DNA of 28,507 nt from Bacteriovoracaceae bacterium (lineage in GTDB: Bacteria > Bdellovibrionota > Bacteriovoracia > Bacteriovoracales > Bacteriovoracaceae). Of the stretch, positions 7,990-16,942 are shown piece after piece. Position 1 is the first letter of the stretch; every line of letters begins with the position of its first letter. The stretch covers positions 1 to 28,507 of the forward strand of contig JBFGZE010000038.1 in NCBI GenBank assembly GCA_041586955.1, written 5' to 3'. The notes beneath the pieces are model-generated. The model was not told the origin of the DNA. It saw nothing but the letters and a program-made list of their open reading frames with translations, and searched no databases. The position numbers were made by a program, and so were the translations under genes.

Positions 7990-10593
7990 ATGAAGGCTCA
8001 ATTAATTAGAGAAAAGTTTACTAATTTTTTCAATTCAAAAAACCATACTAAAATTCCATCATCCCCACTCGTCCTTACCAACGACGAGACTCTTTTATTT
8101 GCCAACGCCGGAATGAATCAATTCAAAGATTATTTTACGGGAAACGCCACACCAAAAAATAAAAAAGTAACATCTATTCAAAAATGTGTGCGCGCAGGGG
8201 GCAAGCATAACGACCTCGAAAATGTGGGTTTCACTGCTCGTCACCATACCTTTTTTGAAATGCTAGGTAATTTTTCATTTGGTGACTACTTCAAAAAAGA
8301 GGCGATTATATTTGCTTGGGATTTTATTACCAAAGAACTCAAGATTGACCCCAGTAAATTATACGTCACTGTCCATTATTCAGATGATGAGGCCAGAGAC
8401 ATTTGGATTAAAGACGTCGGACTCTCCGCTGACCGCATTTTTAAAAAAGGAGATAAGGACAATTTCTGGGAAATGGGTGAAGTTGGTCCCTGCGGCCCTT
8501 GTAGTGAAATATTTTATGATCATGGCGAAGAGCATACCACCCCAGGACTTGTTATCAAAGAAGACGGTGATATTCTCGATGATGAATTACGCTATGTTGA
8601 AATCTGGAATTTAGTCTTCATGCAGTATGAGAAAACCAAAGATGGAAAAGCAGCTCTGCCCAACCCATCAATCGACACCGGCATGGGCCTAGAAAGAATT
8701 GCGGCGGTCATGCAAGGTAAGTATTGGAACTACGATACCGATATTTTCGAACCGATTCTTAATAAGTTATCAAAACTTTCAGGAAAAAAATATACTGACC
8801 CTAAATATCAATCGAGCTTTCGTATCATTGCTGACCATATCCGGTCTTCTACCATGCTTATAACAGATGGTGTAATTCCCAGCAACGAAGGACGCGGATA
8901 TGTTTTAAGACGAATTATTCGCCGTGCCGTTCGCCATCTTAAAAACTTAGAGGCACCAAAAAATAGCATGGCACAATTAGTACCAACAGTACTTGAAACT
9001 CTTGGAGAGGAATACCCTCAAAACCTGGCCAATAAAGAACTTGCGATTAAATTTCTAGAACTTGAAGAGTCAAAATTCTTAGAGACCTTAGACACTGGTC
9101 TTAAATATCTTGCTACTGCTCTTAAAAATGATGTTGAAAATAAGGTTCTTAAAGGTGAGGCGGCCTTTAAGCTCTATGATACCTATGGCTTTCCTTTGGA
9201 CCTCACTGAAATCATTGCTGGGGAACACGGAGTCACCATTGACCATGAAGGCTTTAACCAATCGATGCAATTAAGAAAGGAAGACTCCCGTAAATCCTGG
9301 AAAGGGAAGACCTTTGGTGAAGAGAAAATTTTCCATCAAGTATTAGAAGAATGTGGCGCGACTACATTTACCGGGTACAAAGAAGTTTCTGCTCAATCCA
9401 AGCTACTTAAAATTCTCGAATTAGAAAATAAATTTGGACTTATTTTTTCGTCAACTCCCTTTTATGGGGAGTCTGGTGGGCAAGTTGGAGACCAAGGAAT
9501 AGTCATCAATGCCAATGGCGATAACATTGATATTCTGGACACTCAAAAACCTATTCCTGACCTTCATGTCCATATCACTAATACAAAAGATGGCCTTAAA
9601 GAAGGTTCCCAGTATTCGCTACAAGTCAATACGAACTTACGCGACCAAACGGCAAAAAACCACTCCGCAACCCACCTCCTCCAATCTGCTCTTATTAAGA
9701 TATTAGGTAATCACGTCAAGCAAGCGGGCTCACTAGTAACTCCGGATAAACTTCGCTTTGACTTTACACACCCACAAGGGCTCAACAAAAACGAAATACA
9801 GAAAATTGAGGAGCTCGTTAATGCTAAAATTCAAGAAGGTTTGAATGTCTCAGGAGAAGTCATGAGTATGAACCAGGCCCTTGATAAAGGAGCGATGGCC
9901 CTCTTTGGAGAAAAGTATGGCGACGACGTACGGGTCATGAGCATGGGCGACTTTTCCACAGAATTATGTGGGGGAATCCACGTGTCTAATACCTTTGATA
10001 TCGGTCTTTTTAATATTACCTCCGAAGGTTCTTTAAGCACTGGTGTACGCAGAATTGAAGCTGTTACAGGTCATTCTGCCATCAAACGTCTAGTTAATCG
10101 CAGTAATATTCTCGGCAAAATAGAAATAGAGGTCTCTGCTAAAGAAGATGATATTTTCGAAAAGCTAAATGCTCTTAATAAAGACCTCAAGCGGCAAAAG
10201 AAAATAATTAATTCTCTTAATGAGCAAATTAATTCCCTTCAAAGTAAAGATCTTTTTAATAACCCAGCTGATCTAAAAGGACACCCTTTTCTTTCCTTAG
10301 AAGTTTCCGAGGGAAGTAATTTAAGGCAGCTTTCCGATAATTTTATGGATCTATACCCAGAGGGGATTATTCTGTTGACCTGTATCAATAAAGGAAAACT
10401 ATCGGCCCTTCTAAGGTGCTCTAAAAAGAAAAATCCCATTCAATCTCAAGAAATACTTCGAAATGTTCTTCAGGAATTTAATGGACGAGGAGGGGGAAAA
10501 CCGGATATGGCGCAAGGCTCTTGTGACCTCACCGATATCTCTATTTTTCAAGAAAAAGTATCCACATATATCCAAGAAGAGATTCAGGCCTAG
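7990..10593 (+). CDS. alaS: Alanine--tRNA ligase
   Basis: TLLFANAGMNQFK, RHHTFFEMLGNFSFGDYFK, IDTGMGLER, editing motifs HSATH and ELCGGIH, C-terminal GRGGGKPDMAQG. Confidence 0.99.
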   Translation: MKAQLIREKFTNFFNSKNHTKIPSSPLVLTNDETLLFANAGMNQFKDYFTGNATPKNKKVTSIQKCVRAGGKHNDLENVGFTARHHTFFEMLGNFSFGDYFKKEAIIFAWDFITKELKIDPSKLYVTVHYSDDEARDIWIKDVGLSADRIFKKGDKDNFWEMGEVGPCGPCSEIFYDHGEEHTTPGLVIKEDGDILDDELRYVEIWNLVFMQYEKTKDGKAALPNPSIDTGMGLERIAAVMQGKYWNYDTDIFEPILNKLSKLSGKKYTDPKYQSSFRIIADHIRSSTMLITDGVIPSNEGRGYVLRRIIRRAVRHLKNLEAPKNSMAQLVPTVLETLGEEYPQNLANKELAIKFLELEESKFLETLDTGLKYLATALKNDVENKVLKGEAAFKLYDTYGFPLDLTEIIAGEHGVTIDHEGFNQSMQLRKEDSRKSWKGKTFGEEKIFHQVLEECGATTFTGYKEVSAQSKLLKILELENKFGLIFSSTPFYGESGGQVGDQGIVINANGDNIDILDTQKPIPDLHVHITNTKDGLKEGSQYSLQVNTNLRDQTAKNHSATHLLQSALIKILGNHVKQAGSLVTPDKLRFDFTHPQGLNKNEIQKIEELVNAKIQEGLNVSGEVMSMNQALDKGAMALFGEKYGDDVRVMSMGDFSTELCGGIHVSNTFDIGLFNITSEGSLSTGVRRIEAVTGHSAIKRLVNRSNILGKIEIEVSAKEDDIFEKLNALNKDLKRQKKIINSLNEQINSLQSKDLFNNPADLKGHPFLSLEVSEGSNLRQLSDNFMDLYPEGIILLTCINKGKLSALLRCSKKKNPIQSQEILRNVLQEFNGRGGGKPDMAQGSCDLTDISIFQEKVSTYIQEEIQA

Positions 10594-10594
10594 T

Positions 10595-12328
10595 ATGAAA
10601 TATTGGTTAATTACTTTTTGTATTCTCAGCTCCATTCTTCTTTCTTGCTCCCCAAAAAAAGGAGAGAGTAGTCCAAAGAACACTTTGCGACTTTCTCTCT
10701 CTGGAGAGGTCAGTACGCTAGATCCCGCAAATTCATATGATACGATCTCAGCATCAGTTGTCTATCAAGGTTACGAGCAATTATATGAATACCATTACCT
10801 TAAAAGACCTTATACCCTCCAACCTCTTCTCGCTGAATCCATGCCAAAAATTAGTGAAGATGGTAAAGTTTACGAAATTAAAATCAAAAAAAACATTCTG
10901 TACCATGACGATCCTGCCTTTAATGGCAAACCTCGGTTTCTCAAGGCCCAAGATTTTGTTACCCAAATTAAAAGATTGGCCTTTAAGCCGACAAATAGTA
11001 ATGGCTGGTGGTTATTTGATCGTAAAATTGTAGGCCTTAATGAATTTCGCAATAAAGCCAAAAGTGATTTTAGTAAATTTAAAAGTTTAGAAATTGAAGG
11101 TCTTCAGACTCCAGACGACCATACTCTTATCATTAAATTGAAAGACCCTTATCCACAAATGCTTTTCGCCCTTGCCTTAAGCTTTACCTCCCCCATTCCT
11201 ATAGAGGCGGTGGAGAAATATGACAATATTCTTAATACTCGGATCATTGGTACTGGCCCCTACAAGCTTATAAAATATAATCAATTATCTGGAATCAATC
11301 TGAAGCGATTCGAAAAGTATCGTGAAGCCCATTACCCTGGAGAAGGAGATAGACTTGCAAATAATCGTGGCCTTCTCAAGGATGCAGGAAAAACCATCCC
11401 CTTTATCGAAAATATCACCTATAGAATCATTAAAGAATCTAGCACCCGCTGGCTTAATTTTGGCTCTAATAAGATTGACCTTCTTGCTAACATACCAAAA
11501 GATAATTTTAACGCCGCGATAGACAAATTTGGAAAACTTAATAAAGAATTATACAAGCAAGGAAAACGACTCCAAACTTTTCCCACTCTCACATATTGGT
11601 GGCTAAGCTTTAATATGAAAGATCCTATCGTTGGAAAAAATAAAAACCTACGGTTGGCCATTGCTCATGCCCTAGACATTAAAAGGTATATCCAAGTTTT
11701 TACAAATAATATTGGGCAAAAGGCGAACTCAATCTATCCTCCAGGGATTCCCGGTTATGACCCTTCAGCTAAACTCCCTTATAAATATGACCTCGCCCTG
11801 GCCAAAGATTTTCTTAAAAAGGCAGGCTATCCTGGAGGCAAAGGCCTCCCAATCCTAACCTATGATGTACGTGGAACGAGTGCAACAAACCGGCAACAGG
11901 CACAGTTTATAAAGCAAGAGCTTGAAAAAATTAATATAAAGGTCAAGGTCGTTACTAATACTTTTCCCAGCTTTCTGCAAAAGTCACGAAATGGACAATT
12001 ACAATTCTGGCAAGATGGCTGGGCCCTTGATTATCCCGATGCTGAAAATGTTCTTCAATTATTAATCTCTAAAAACCACTCTCCTGGTCCCAATGCCACT
12101 TTTTATAGTAATAAAAAATTTGATCACTTATTCTCCAAAATGCGACTTCTAAATGAAGGGCCAGAAAAGCATTCGCTTATGAAAGAGATGGAAAAAATCA
12201 TCAATCAAGACCTTCCATGGATTATGGAGTATTATGCAAGAAGCTATATCCTTTACCACAAGCGTTTACTTAACTTCAGACATTCAAATCTTATCTATAA
12301 CAATATTAAATACTTGAGATTTGAATAA
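10595..12328 (+). CDS. ABC transporter substrate-binding lipoprotein, family 5 (OppA/DppA-like)
   Basis: Start 10595 gives the lipoprotein signal MKYWLITFCILSSILLSC; motifs TLDPANSYD, YEQLYEY, IGTGPYKL, LRLAIAHALD, WALDYPDAEN. The ORF-track start at 10463 lies inside alaS. Confidence 0.93.
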   Translation: MKYWLITFCILSSILLSCSPKKGESSPKNTLRLSLSGEVSTLDPANSYDTISASVVYQGYEQLYEYHYLKRPYTLQPLLAESMPKISEDGKVYEIKIKKNILYHDDPAFNGKPRFLKAQDFVTQIKRLAFKPTNSNGWWLFDRKIVGLNEFRNKAKSDFSKFKSLEIEGLQTPDDHTLIIKLKDPYPQMLFALALSFTSPIPIEAVEKYDNILNTRIIGTGPYKLIKYNQLSGINLKRFEKYREAHYPGEGDRLANNRGLLKDAGKTIPFIENITYRIIKESSTRWLNFGSNKIDLLANIPKDNFNAAIDKFGKLNKELYKQGKRLQTFPTLTYWWLSFNMKDPIVGKNKNLRLAIAHALDIKRYIQVFTNNIGQKANSIYPPGIPGYDPSAKLPYKYDLALAKDFLKKAGYPGGKGLPILTYDVRGTSATNRQQAQFIKQELEKINIKVKVVTNTFPSFLQKSRNGQLQFWQDGWALDYPDAENVLQLLISKNHSPGPNATFYSNKKFDHLFSKMRLLNEGPEKHSLMKEMEKIINQDLPWIMEYYARSYILYHKRLLNFRHSNLIYNNIKYLRFE

Positions 12329-12451
12329 GGCATATATTGCCCTTCTCATAGCTATTTTCTCATTAACTATAATCATTAATGAAATAATTGCCGATTCGGA
12401 ATATGGAGACCCCTAAGGCCTGCAACCCCCCTTGGTGTTTCTGGAGATATG

Positions 12452-12859
12452 ATGAATCGAATTAGCTTCCTAGCACTGACTCTATTATGGGTCTCCCTGG
12501 CCTCTTTTGGCCCTGTCCACAGTAAGGATTATATTATCTTTAATGTGGCCCAGGATATTCCTATGGGAGAACCTGACGAGGTTATTAAAAAGAATTTTTA
12601 CGTCAATATGGGAGAAAAACAGGGACTCAAGCAAGGGTCAGAATTAGATGTTTTTCGAATTATTTCTCGATTAGATCCCTATCAAACAAAAAAGCGCTTT
12701 AGTTACCGGGTCAAAATTGGAGAGCTAAAAGTTATCCACTCCGAGGATAACACGGCCATATGCGACTTATCCAAGTTAGGGGATAATATCAAATCACCTA
12801 TGTTTGAGATTAATAATTTTATGATTGGTGACCTTGTCGGTGTTAAGTTAAAGGATTAA
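12452..12859 (+). CDS. Exported hypothetical protein with a FlgT C-terminal-like beta domain
   Basis: Signal peptide ending ...PVHS; FYVNMGEKQGLKQGSELDVFR...IGELKVIHSEDNTAIC resembles FlgT_C. SD GGAG spacing favours ATG 12452 over 12449. Confidence 0.65.
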   Translation: MNRISFLALTLLWVSLASFGPVHSKDYIIFNVAQDIPMGEPDEVIKKNFYVNMGEKQGLKQGSELDVFRIISRLDPYQTKKRFSYRVKIGELKVIHSEDNTAICDLSKLGDNIKSPMFEINNFMIGDLVGVKLKD

Positions 12860-13095
12860 TTAATTCCTAAAACGTTATATATTTTTTCTCGTCTCGCTTT
12901 AACCAGCTCAGTAATTTCCTTAAGGGATATCTGGCATTTTTCTAAGCGTTCAGTCTCCTGCTCAGACATTTCACCTGTTTTTTCCGTACTTTTCTTCACC
13001 AGGGTGAGCATGCCATTGGCCACTAAAATTTTATTTGATAAGTCATGAAGTAGCTTTCGTTCTTCTGTAATATGCTCTTCTAAATTTATATCCAT
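12856..13095 (-). CDS. Small stand-alone HisKA/DHp-like (H-box) protein
   Basis: 79 aa from ATG 13095 with SD GGGAG; RKLLHDLSNKILVANGML H-box-like helix followed by a second amphipathic helix; no ATPase or sensor domain. Confidence 0.7.
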   Translation of the reverse strand: MDINLEEHITEERKLLHDLSNKILVANGMLTLVKKSTEKTGEMSEQETERLEKCQISLKEITELVKARREKIYNVLGIN

Positions 13096-13135
13096 ATTAA
13101 CTCCCAAAGTTAATTATATTTAAGGAATCATAAAT

Positions 13136-13399
13136 TTAAGAGCAGTTAAATATTGCCTCTAGGTTATTCGTATTTCTAAAGCTTAATATCCGACCATAAA
13201 GAACTTCACCCTCTATTTTTTCAAATCTTAGGCCTATTATATAATTATCTCCCTCAATGAAAGGCGCTCGACCTTGGAGCTCGCCCTTTATTTTCGATAA
13301 CTTAACACCTCCCAAATGCCCACGAAACCCGAACTCAGTAAACCCATCCCTACTAGTTTTTGCTGTCACAAGACAATAAATAAGCCGACCTTTTTTCAT
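13136..13399 (-). CDS. Hypothetical small beta-rich protein
   Basis: 87 aa ORF with SD GGAG, fills the intergenic space, co-oriented with the DHp gene. Confidence 0.65.
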   Translation of the reverse strand: MKKGRLIYCLVTAKTSRDGFTEFGFRGHLGGVKLSKIKGELQGRAPFIEGDNYIIGLRFEKIEGEVLYGRILSFRNTNNLEAIFNCS

Positions 13400-13535
13400 T
13401 ATTTCTCCAATAGTAGGAAGAACTTATCTCAAAAAGGGATTTTTTGTTAGGCGATCAAAATAAAGGAGGCCACTTATTTCACAACTTGAACATATAATCT
13501 GTCAATTACTTCACGGCAAAGCAAAACTAATCTTA

Positions 13536-13563
13536 TTGACAGCGGGTTACCCGTCGTTAATCT
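13536..13563 (+). promoter_or_regulatory. Sigma70-type promoter candidate for rpoZ
   Basis: TTGACA(13536-41)-N16-TAATCT(13558-63); the spacer contains the inverted repeat CGGGT-T-ACCCG. Confidence 0.55.
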
Positions 13564-13673
13564 AGGTAACTTCCTATCATTTAATATTTTTCTGGTTTAT
13601 TTACCTTTGCATATTGTAATATGAATAAAAACATCATATATTTGCCCTCAAATGCTTACGCAAGGAATCAATT

Positions 13674-13886
13674 ATGGCCCGTATTACTATTGAAGATTGT
13701 TTAGAAAAAGTCGAAAATCGTTATGAGCTAGTTCACCTCACGACAAAGAGAGTGAAGCAACTTAGAGAAGGGCAAGATTCACTTGTACGTTCTAAAAATA
13801 AAGAAGTTGTTACTGCCTTGAGAGAGATTGCCGCAGGTAAGGTAAAGCATGCTCCTATTAGTGAATATGACTCTGACGAATTCTAA
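13674..13886 (+). CDS. rpoZ: DNA-directed RNA polymerase subunit omega
   Basis: [20 protein letters not shown]...KRVKQL...[21 protein letters not shown]. Confidence 0.97.
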   Translation: MARITIEDCLEKVENRYELVHLTTKRVKQLREGQDSLVRSKNKEVVTALREIAAGKVKHAPISEYDSDEF

Positions 13887-13903
13887 ATCTATCCAAAATT
13901 ATT

Positions 13904-13940
13904 ATAAAAAAAGGGAAGCTTAAAGCTTCCCTTTTTTTAT
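13904..13940. terminator. Bidirectional intrinsic terminator between convergent rpoZ and lon
   Basis: Perfect inverted repeat ATAAAAAAAGGGAAGCT-TAA-AGCTTCCCTTTTTTTAT with A/T tracts on both sides. Confidence 0.92.
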
Positions 13941-16390
13941 TTCATTGCTATTTGCAACACTTCGTCAAAATGAGCGACAGGGAAAAATCTCATTCCCTTA
14001 CGGTGCCTTTCAGGTACCTCATTTAAATCCTTTTCATTTTCTTTTGGTAAAATCACAGATTTAATACCGGCCCGCTTTGCGGCCAAAACCTTTTCTTTTA
14101 TACCGCCAACCGGCATGACTTTCCCAGTTAAGCTTAATTCTCCGGTCATGGCAAGGCCTGCCCTAACCTTTTTGCCTTTGGCCAAACTATAAAGAGCAAG
14201 TGCCATCGTAATCCCGGCACTAGGACCATCTTTTGGCGTGGCTCCTGCTGGTAGATGTAAATGAACTTCATGACTGGCAAGAAAGTCAGAAGACTTTTGA
14301 TTCTTCTTATTTTTTTCTGCGTCTTCCTGTAAATGGCTTTTAATATAGCTATAAGCAATATTCGCCGATTCATTCATGACGTTGCCCATTTGTCCGGTCA
14401 ATTTTAAATCACCCTTACCCTTTAATGGTAATGTTTCAATAAAAAGGATTTGTCCGCCATAGGATGTCCAGGCCAAACCTGTTACAACACCGGGCCTTAG
14501 GCCCTTCTCAGACATTTCTGTATGAAACCTTGCGCTACCTAAATAATTTTCTAGTTCCTGAATTTTAGGAATAAAGCTTTTAAATCGCTTTTTACTCACT
14601 TTCTCTAATGCGGCCTTTCGGCATAATTTCGCAACATATTGCTCCATCACCCTTACGCCAGGCTCTCTCGCATAATCAGAGATCAGTTTTTTTAATACTG
14701 GCGTACTAAACTTAACATCACTCTTTTTCAGGCCATGCTTTTTTATTTGTTTTGGAATGATCCACTTTGTGGCAATTGTAATTTTTTCTTCAATACTATA
14801 GCCACTTAACTCAATGACTTCCATTCTATCTAATAATGGTTCTGGAATATTTCCTATATAATTTGCGGTGGCAATAAATAGAACTTTAGATAAATCAAAA
14901 GGAACATCAAGATAATTATCTATAAAAGTAGTGTTTTGCTCAGGGTCTAAAACTTCCAATAAAGCACTCGCAGGGTCACCTTGAAAAGACGCCCCTAATT
15001 TATCAATTTCATCCAACATAATAACAGGATTATTAACACCAACCCGTTTCATCGCTTGCAAGATTCTGCCAGGCATTGCCCCGATATAGGTTCTCCTATG
15101 CCCCTTTATTTCTGCCTCGTCTCGCATTCCTCCGAGACTAAAGCGATAAAACTCTCGCCCCATTGAATCGGCAATACTTCGACCCAATGATGTCTTCCCA
15201 ACGCCGGGAGGACCGGCTAAACATAAAATTGTCCCATCATATTGGGGTTTAAGCTTACGTACTGCCAAAAATTCTAAAATTCTCTCTTTTGCCTTCTCTA
15301 ATCCATAATGATCCTTCTCTAGAACTTTAGTGGCCTTATCAATATTAACTTCCTCTTTAGTTTCGACATCCCAAGGCAAGTCAATAAGCCAATTTAAATA
15401 AGTTCTAGCAACATTATATTCTGGAGAGCTATCGGGGATAACTTCTAACCTCTCAAGCTCTTCTTTGGCTGCGGCCAAAGCATCTTCAGGCAATCCTATC
15501 GTATTAATTTTTTCATTAATCTTTTTTAAATCTCTCGATTTTTCATCTTCTTCCATCCCTAATTCGGAACGAATTACTTTTAATTGCTCTCTTAAAAAAT
15601 ATTCCCTTTGGTAGCGATTAACTTTATCATTTACCTCATCTGAAATTTTCTTTTGAATGTCCAAAACATTCATCTCTCTTTTCAAATAAACTAATAATTT
15701 TGCAAACCTTTTTTTAACAACCAAGGTCTCTAAAAAATCTTGCGCCTCTGGTATATCTAAAGAAATCGCAAAGGCCACGAGGTCAGCGAGAGCTCCTGGT
15801 GAAGGAGAATTAAGAATCGCGAGCTTCATCTCTTCATTAAAAAGAGGATTTATTTCACTAAGTTTTTTAACCTGATTAATAACAGATCTTGTATATGCAT
15901 CTAACTCTTCATCTGATTCTAAAATATCATCAAAAACTTCCACTTTTGCTTTAATAAGAGGGCTTTCTTGAATAAACTTTGAAGCTCTATATCTTTTTAC
16001 ACCGTGAACTAATACATTTACAGATCCATCAGGTAGTTTTAATTTTTTAACAACCTTGCACAGAACTCCTACTTTATAAATATCATTAGATCTTATTTCT
16101 CTCGTATCGAAGTCGATATTTTCTTCCTCGATAAATTCACCTTCATCATCTTTAAGGTCTGACTTGACAAGATTTAGGGCGACAAATCCTGATGACAGTA
16201 AATAACTATCCAGCTCAGGGGTAAACTTATCCTCTGTAAGAATGATTGGAGCAATCATCCCTGGGAAAATAGGACTATTCATTATAGGAATAATCACAAC
16301 ATCTTTTGGAAATTCTTCAGTTGATTCTTTGTATTGATTTACTTCAACTTCATAGTCTTCGGATTCATATGTATTATCTGATTTATTCAT
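13937..16390 (-). CDS. lon: ATP-dependent protease La (Lon)
   Basis: N-domain PIFPGMIAP, Walker A GPPGVGKT, Walker B MLDEIDK, catalytic PKDGPSAG and GGIKEK. Confidence 0.98.
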   Translation of the reverse strand: MNKSDNTYESEDYEVEVNQYKESTEEFPKDVVIIPIMNSPIFPGMIAPIILTEDKFTPELDSYLLSSGFVALNLVKSDLKDDEGEFIEEENIDFDTREIRSNDIYKVGVLCKVVKKLKLPDGSVNVLVHGVKRYRASKFIQESPLIKAKVEVFDDILESDEELDAYTRSVINQVKKLSEINPLFNEEMKLAILNSPSPGALADLVAFAISLDIPEAQDFLETLVVKKRFAKLLVYLKREMNVLDIQKKISDEVNDKVNRYQREYFLREQLKVIRSELGMEEDEKSRDLKKINEKINTIGLPEDALAAAKEELERLEVIPDSSPEYNVARTYLNWLIDLPWDVETKEEVNIDKATKVLEKDHYGLEKAKERILEFLAVRKLKPQYDGTILCLAGPPGVGKTSLGRSIADSMGREFYRFSLGGMRDEAEIKGHRRTYIGAMPGRILQAMKRVGVNNPVIMLDEIDKLGASFQGDPASALLEVLDPEQNTTFIDNYLDVPFDLSKVLFIATANYIGNIPEPLLDRMEVIELSGYSIEEKITIATKWIIPKQIKKHGLKKSDVKFSTPVLKKLISDYAREPGVRVMEQYVAKLCRKAALEKVSKKRFKSFIPKIQELENYLGSARFHTEMSEKGLRPGVVTGLAWTSYGGQILFIETLPLKGKGDLKLTGQMGNVMNESANIAYSYIKSHLQEDAEKNKKNQKSSDFLASHEVHLHLPAGATPKDGPSAGITMALALYSLAKGKKVRAGLAMTGELSLTGKVMPVGGIKEKVLAAKRAGIKSVILPKENEKDLNEVPERHRKGMRFFPVAHFDEVLQIAMK

Positions 16391-16399
16391 AAGTCTTCC

Positions 16400-16873
16400 T
16401 TAATTTTTAACATCAATGACAAGTCTGCCAGGATTTTCTAAACTAAAAATATCAACTGAGACCTTTTTTTTAAAAACTAACTCTACAGATAAACTATCTT
16501 TATCTATCGGGAAAAAGTTGAGAGAATCAACATATATACTTTTTCCAAATGAAGCAATATTGTTACCAACTGTCGTCTTAAAAAAGTCCAAATAGAGCTT
16601 CTTCTGCAGGCCATTTATATTACCATAAATCCGAGGTGTTTCTTTTGTGTTAAAATCAAAAACAACTCTCTCATAACCGAGTTTTTTCGTATATGAATGC
16701 CTTACCGCTTTTAATGTCGCTGAATGCTTAGGACCACCGTTATGGAATATCCCTCTATCCAAATAAACTGAACGCTTTTTGTTAGAAATTTGACGAATTC
16801 TTTCATCAAGAAGGCCTTGCCCAAAAATACAATTACAAAGAAATAATATATTAATGATTAAAATCTTTTTCAT
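16400..16873 (-). CDS. Exported AMIN-like domain protein
   Basis: Signal peptide MKKILIINILFLCNCIFG; GYERVVFDF and LENPGRLVIDV are AMIN-type strands; ends 9 nt before lon (alternative GTG start 16882). Confidence 0.7.
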   Translation of the reverse strand: MKKILIINILFLCNCIFGQGLLDERIRQISNKKRSVYLDRGIFHNGGPKHSATLKAVRHSYTKKLGYERVVFDFNTKETPRIYGNINGLQKKLYLDFFKTTVGNNIASFGKSIYVDSLNFFPIDKDSLSVELVFKKKVSVDIFSLENPGRLVIDVKN

Positions 16874-16902
16874 AATCTCCACCCGAGAAAAAGTTTTAAT
16901 TC

Positions 16903-16931
16903 ATTATCCTATTTTGTAAGCAGATAACCAA
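16903..16931 (-). promoter_or_regulatory. Sigma70-type promoter candidate for the AMIN-like gene and lon
   Basis: Minus strand TTGGTT-N17-GATAAT in the intergenic gap. Confidence 0.45.
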
Positions 16932-16942
16932 GTTTTTATTAT

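Noticed and set aside
10463..10594. 44-aa N-terminal extension of the SBP
   Set aside because: Lies inside alaS and would bury the lipoprotein signal peptide.
13462..13469. Perfect + strand SD (AAAGGAGG) suggesting a hidden small ORF
   Set aside because: No start codon at a usable spacing.
13513..13552. GGCAAA...GCAAAAC...GACAGCGGGTTACC resembles pieces of a c-di-GMP-I riboswitch
   Set aside because: The GNRA-capped stem and the 5' strand that should pair with GACAGCGGG are absent; the segment is better explained as a TTGACA promoter.
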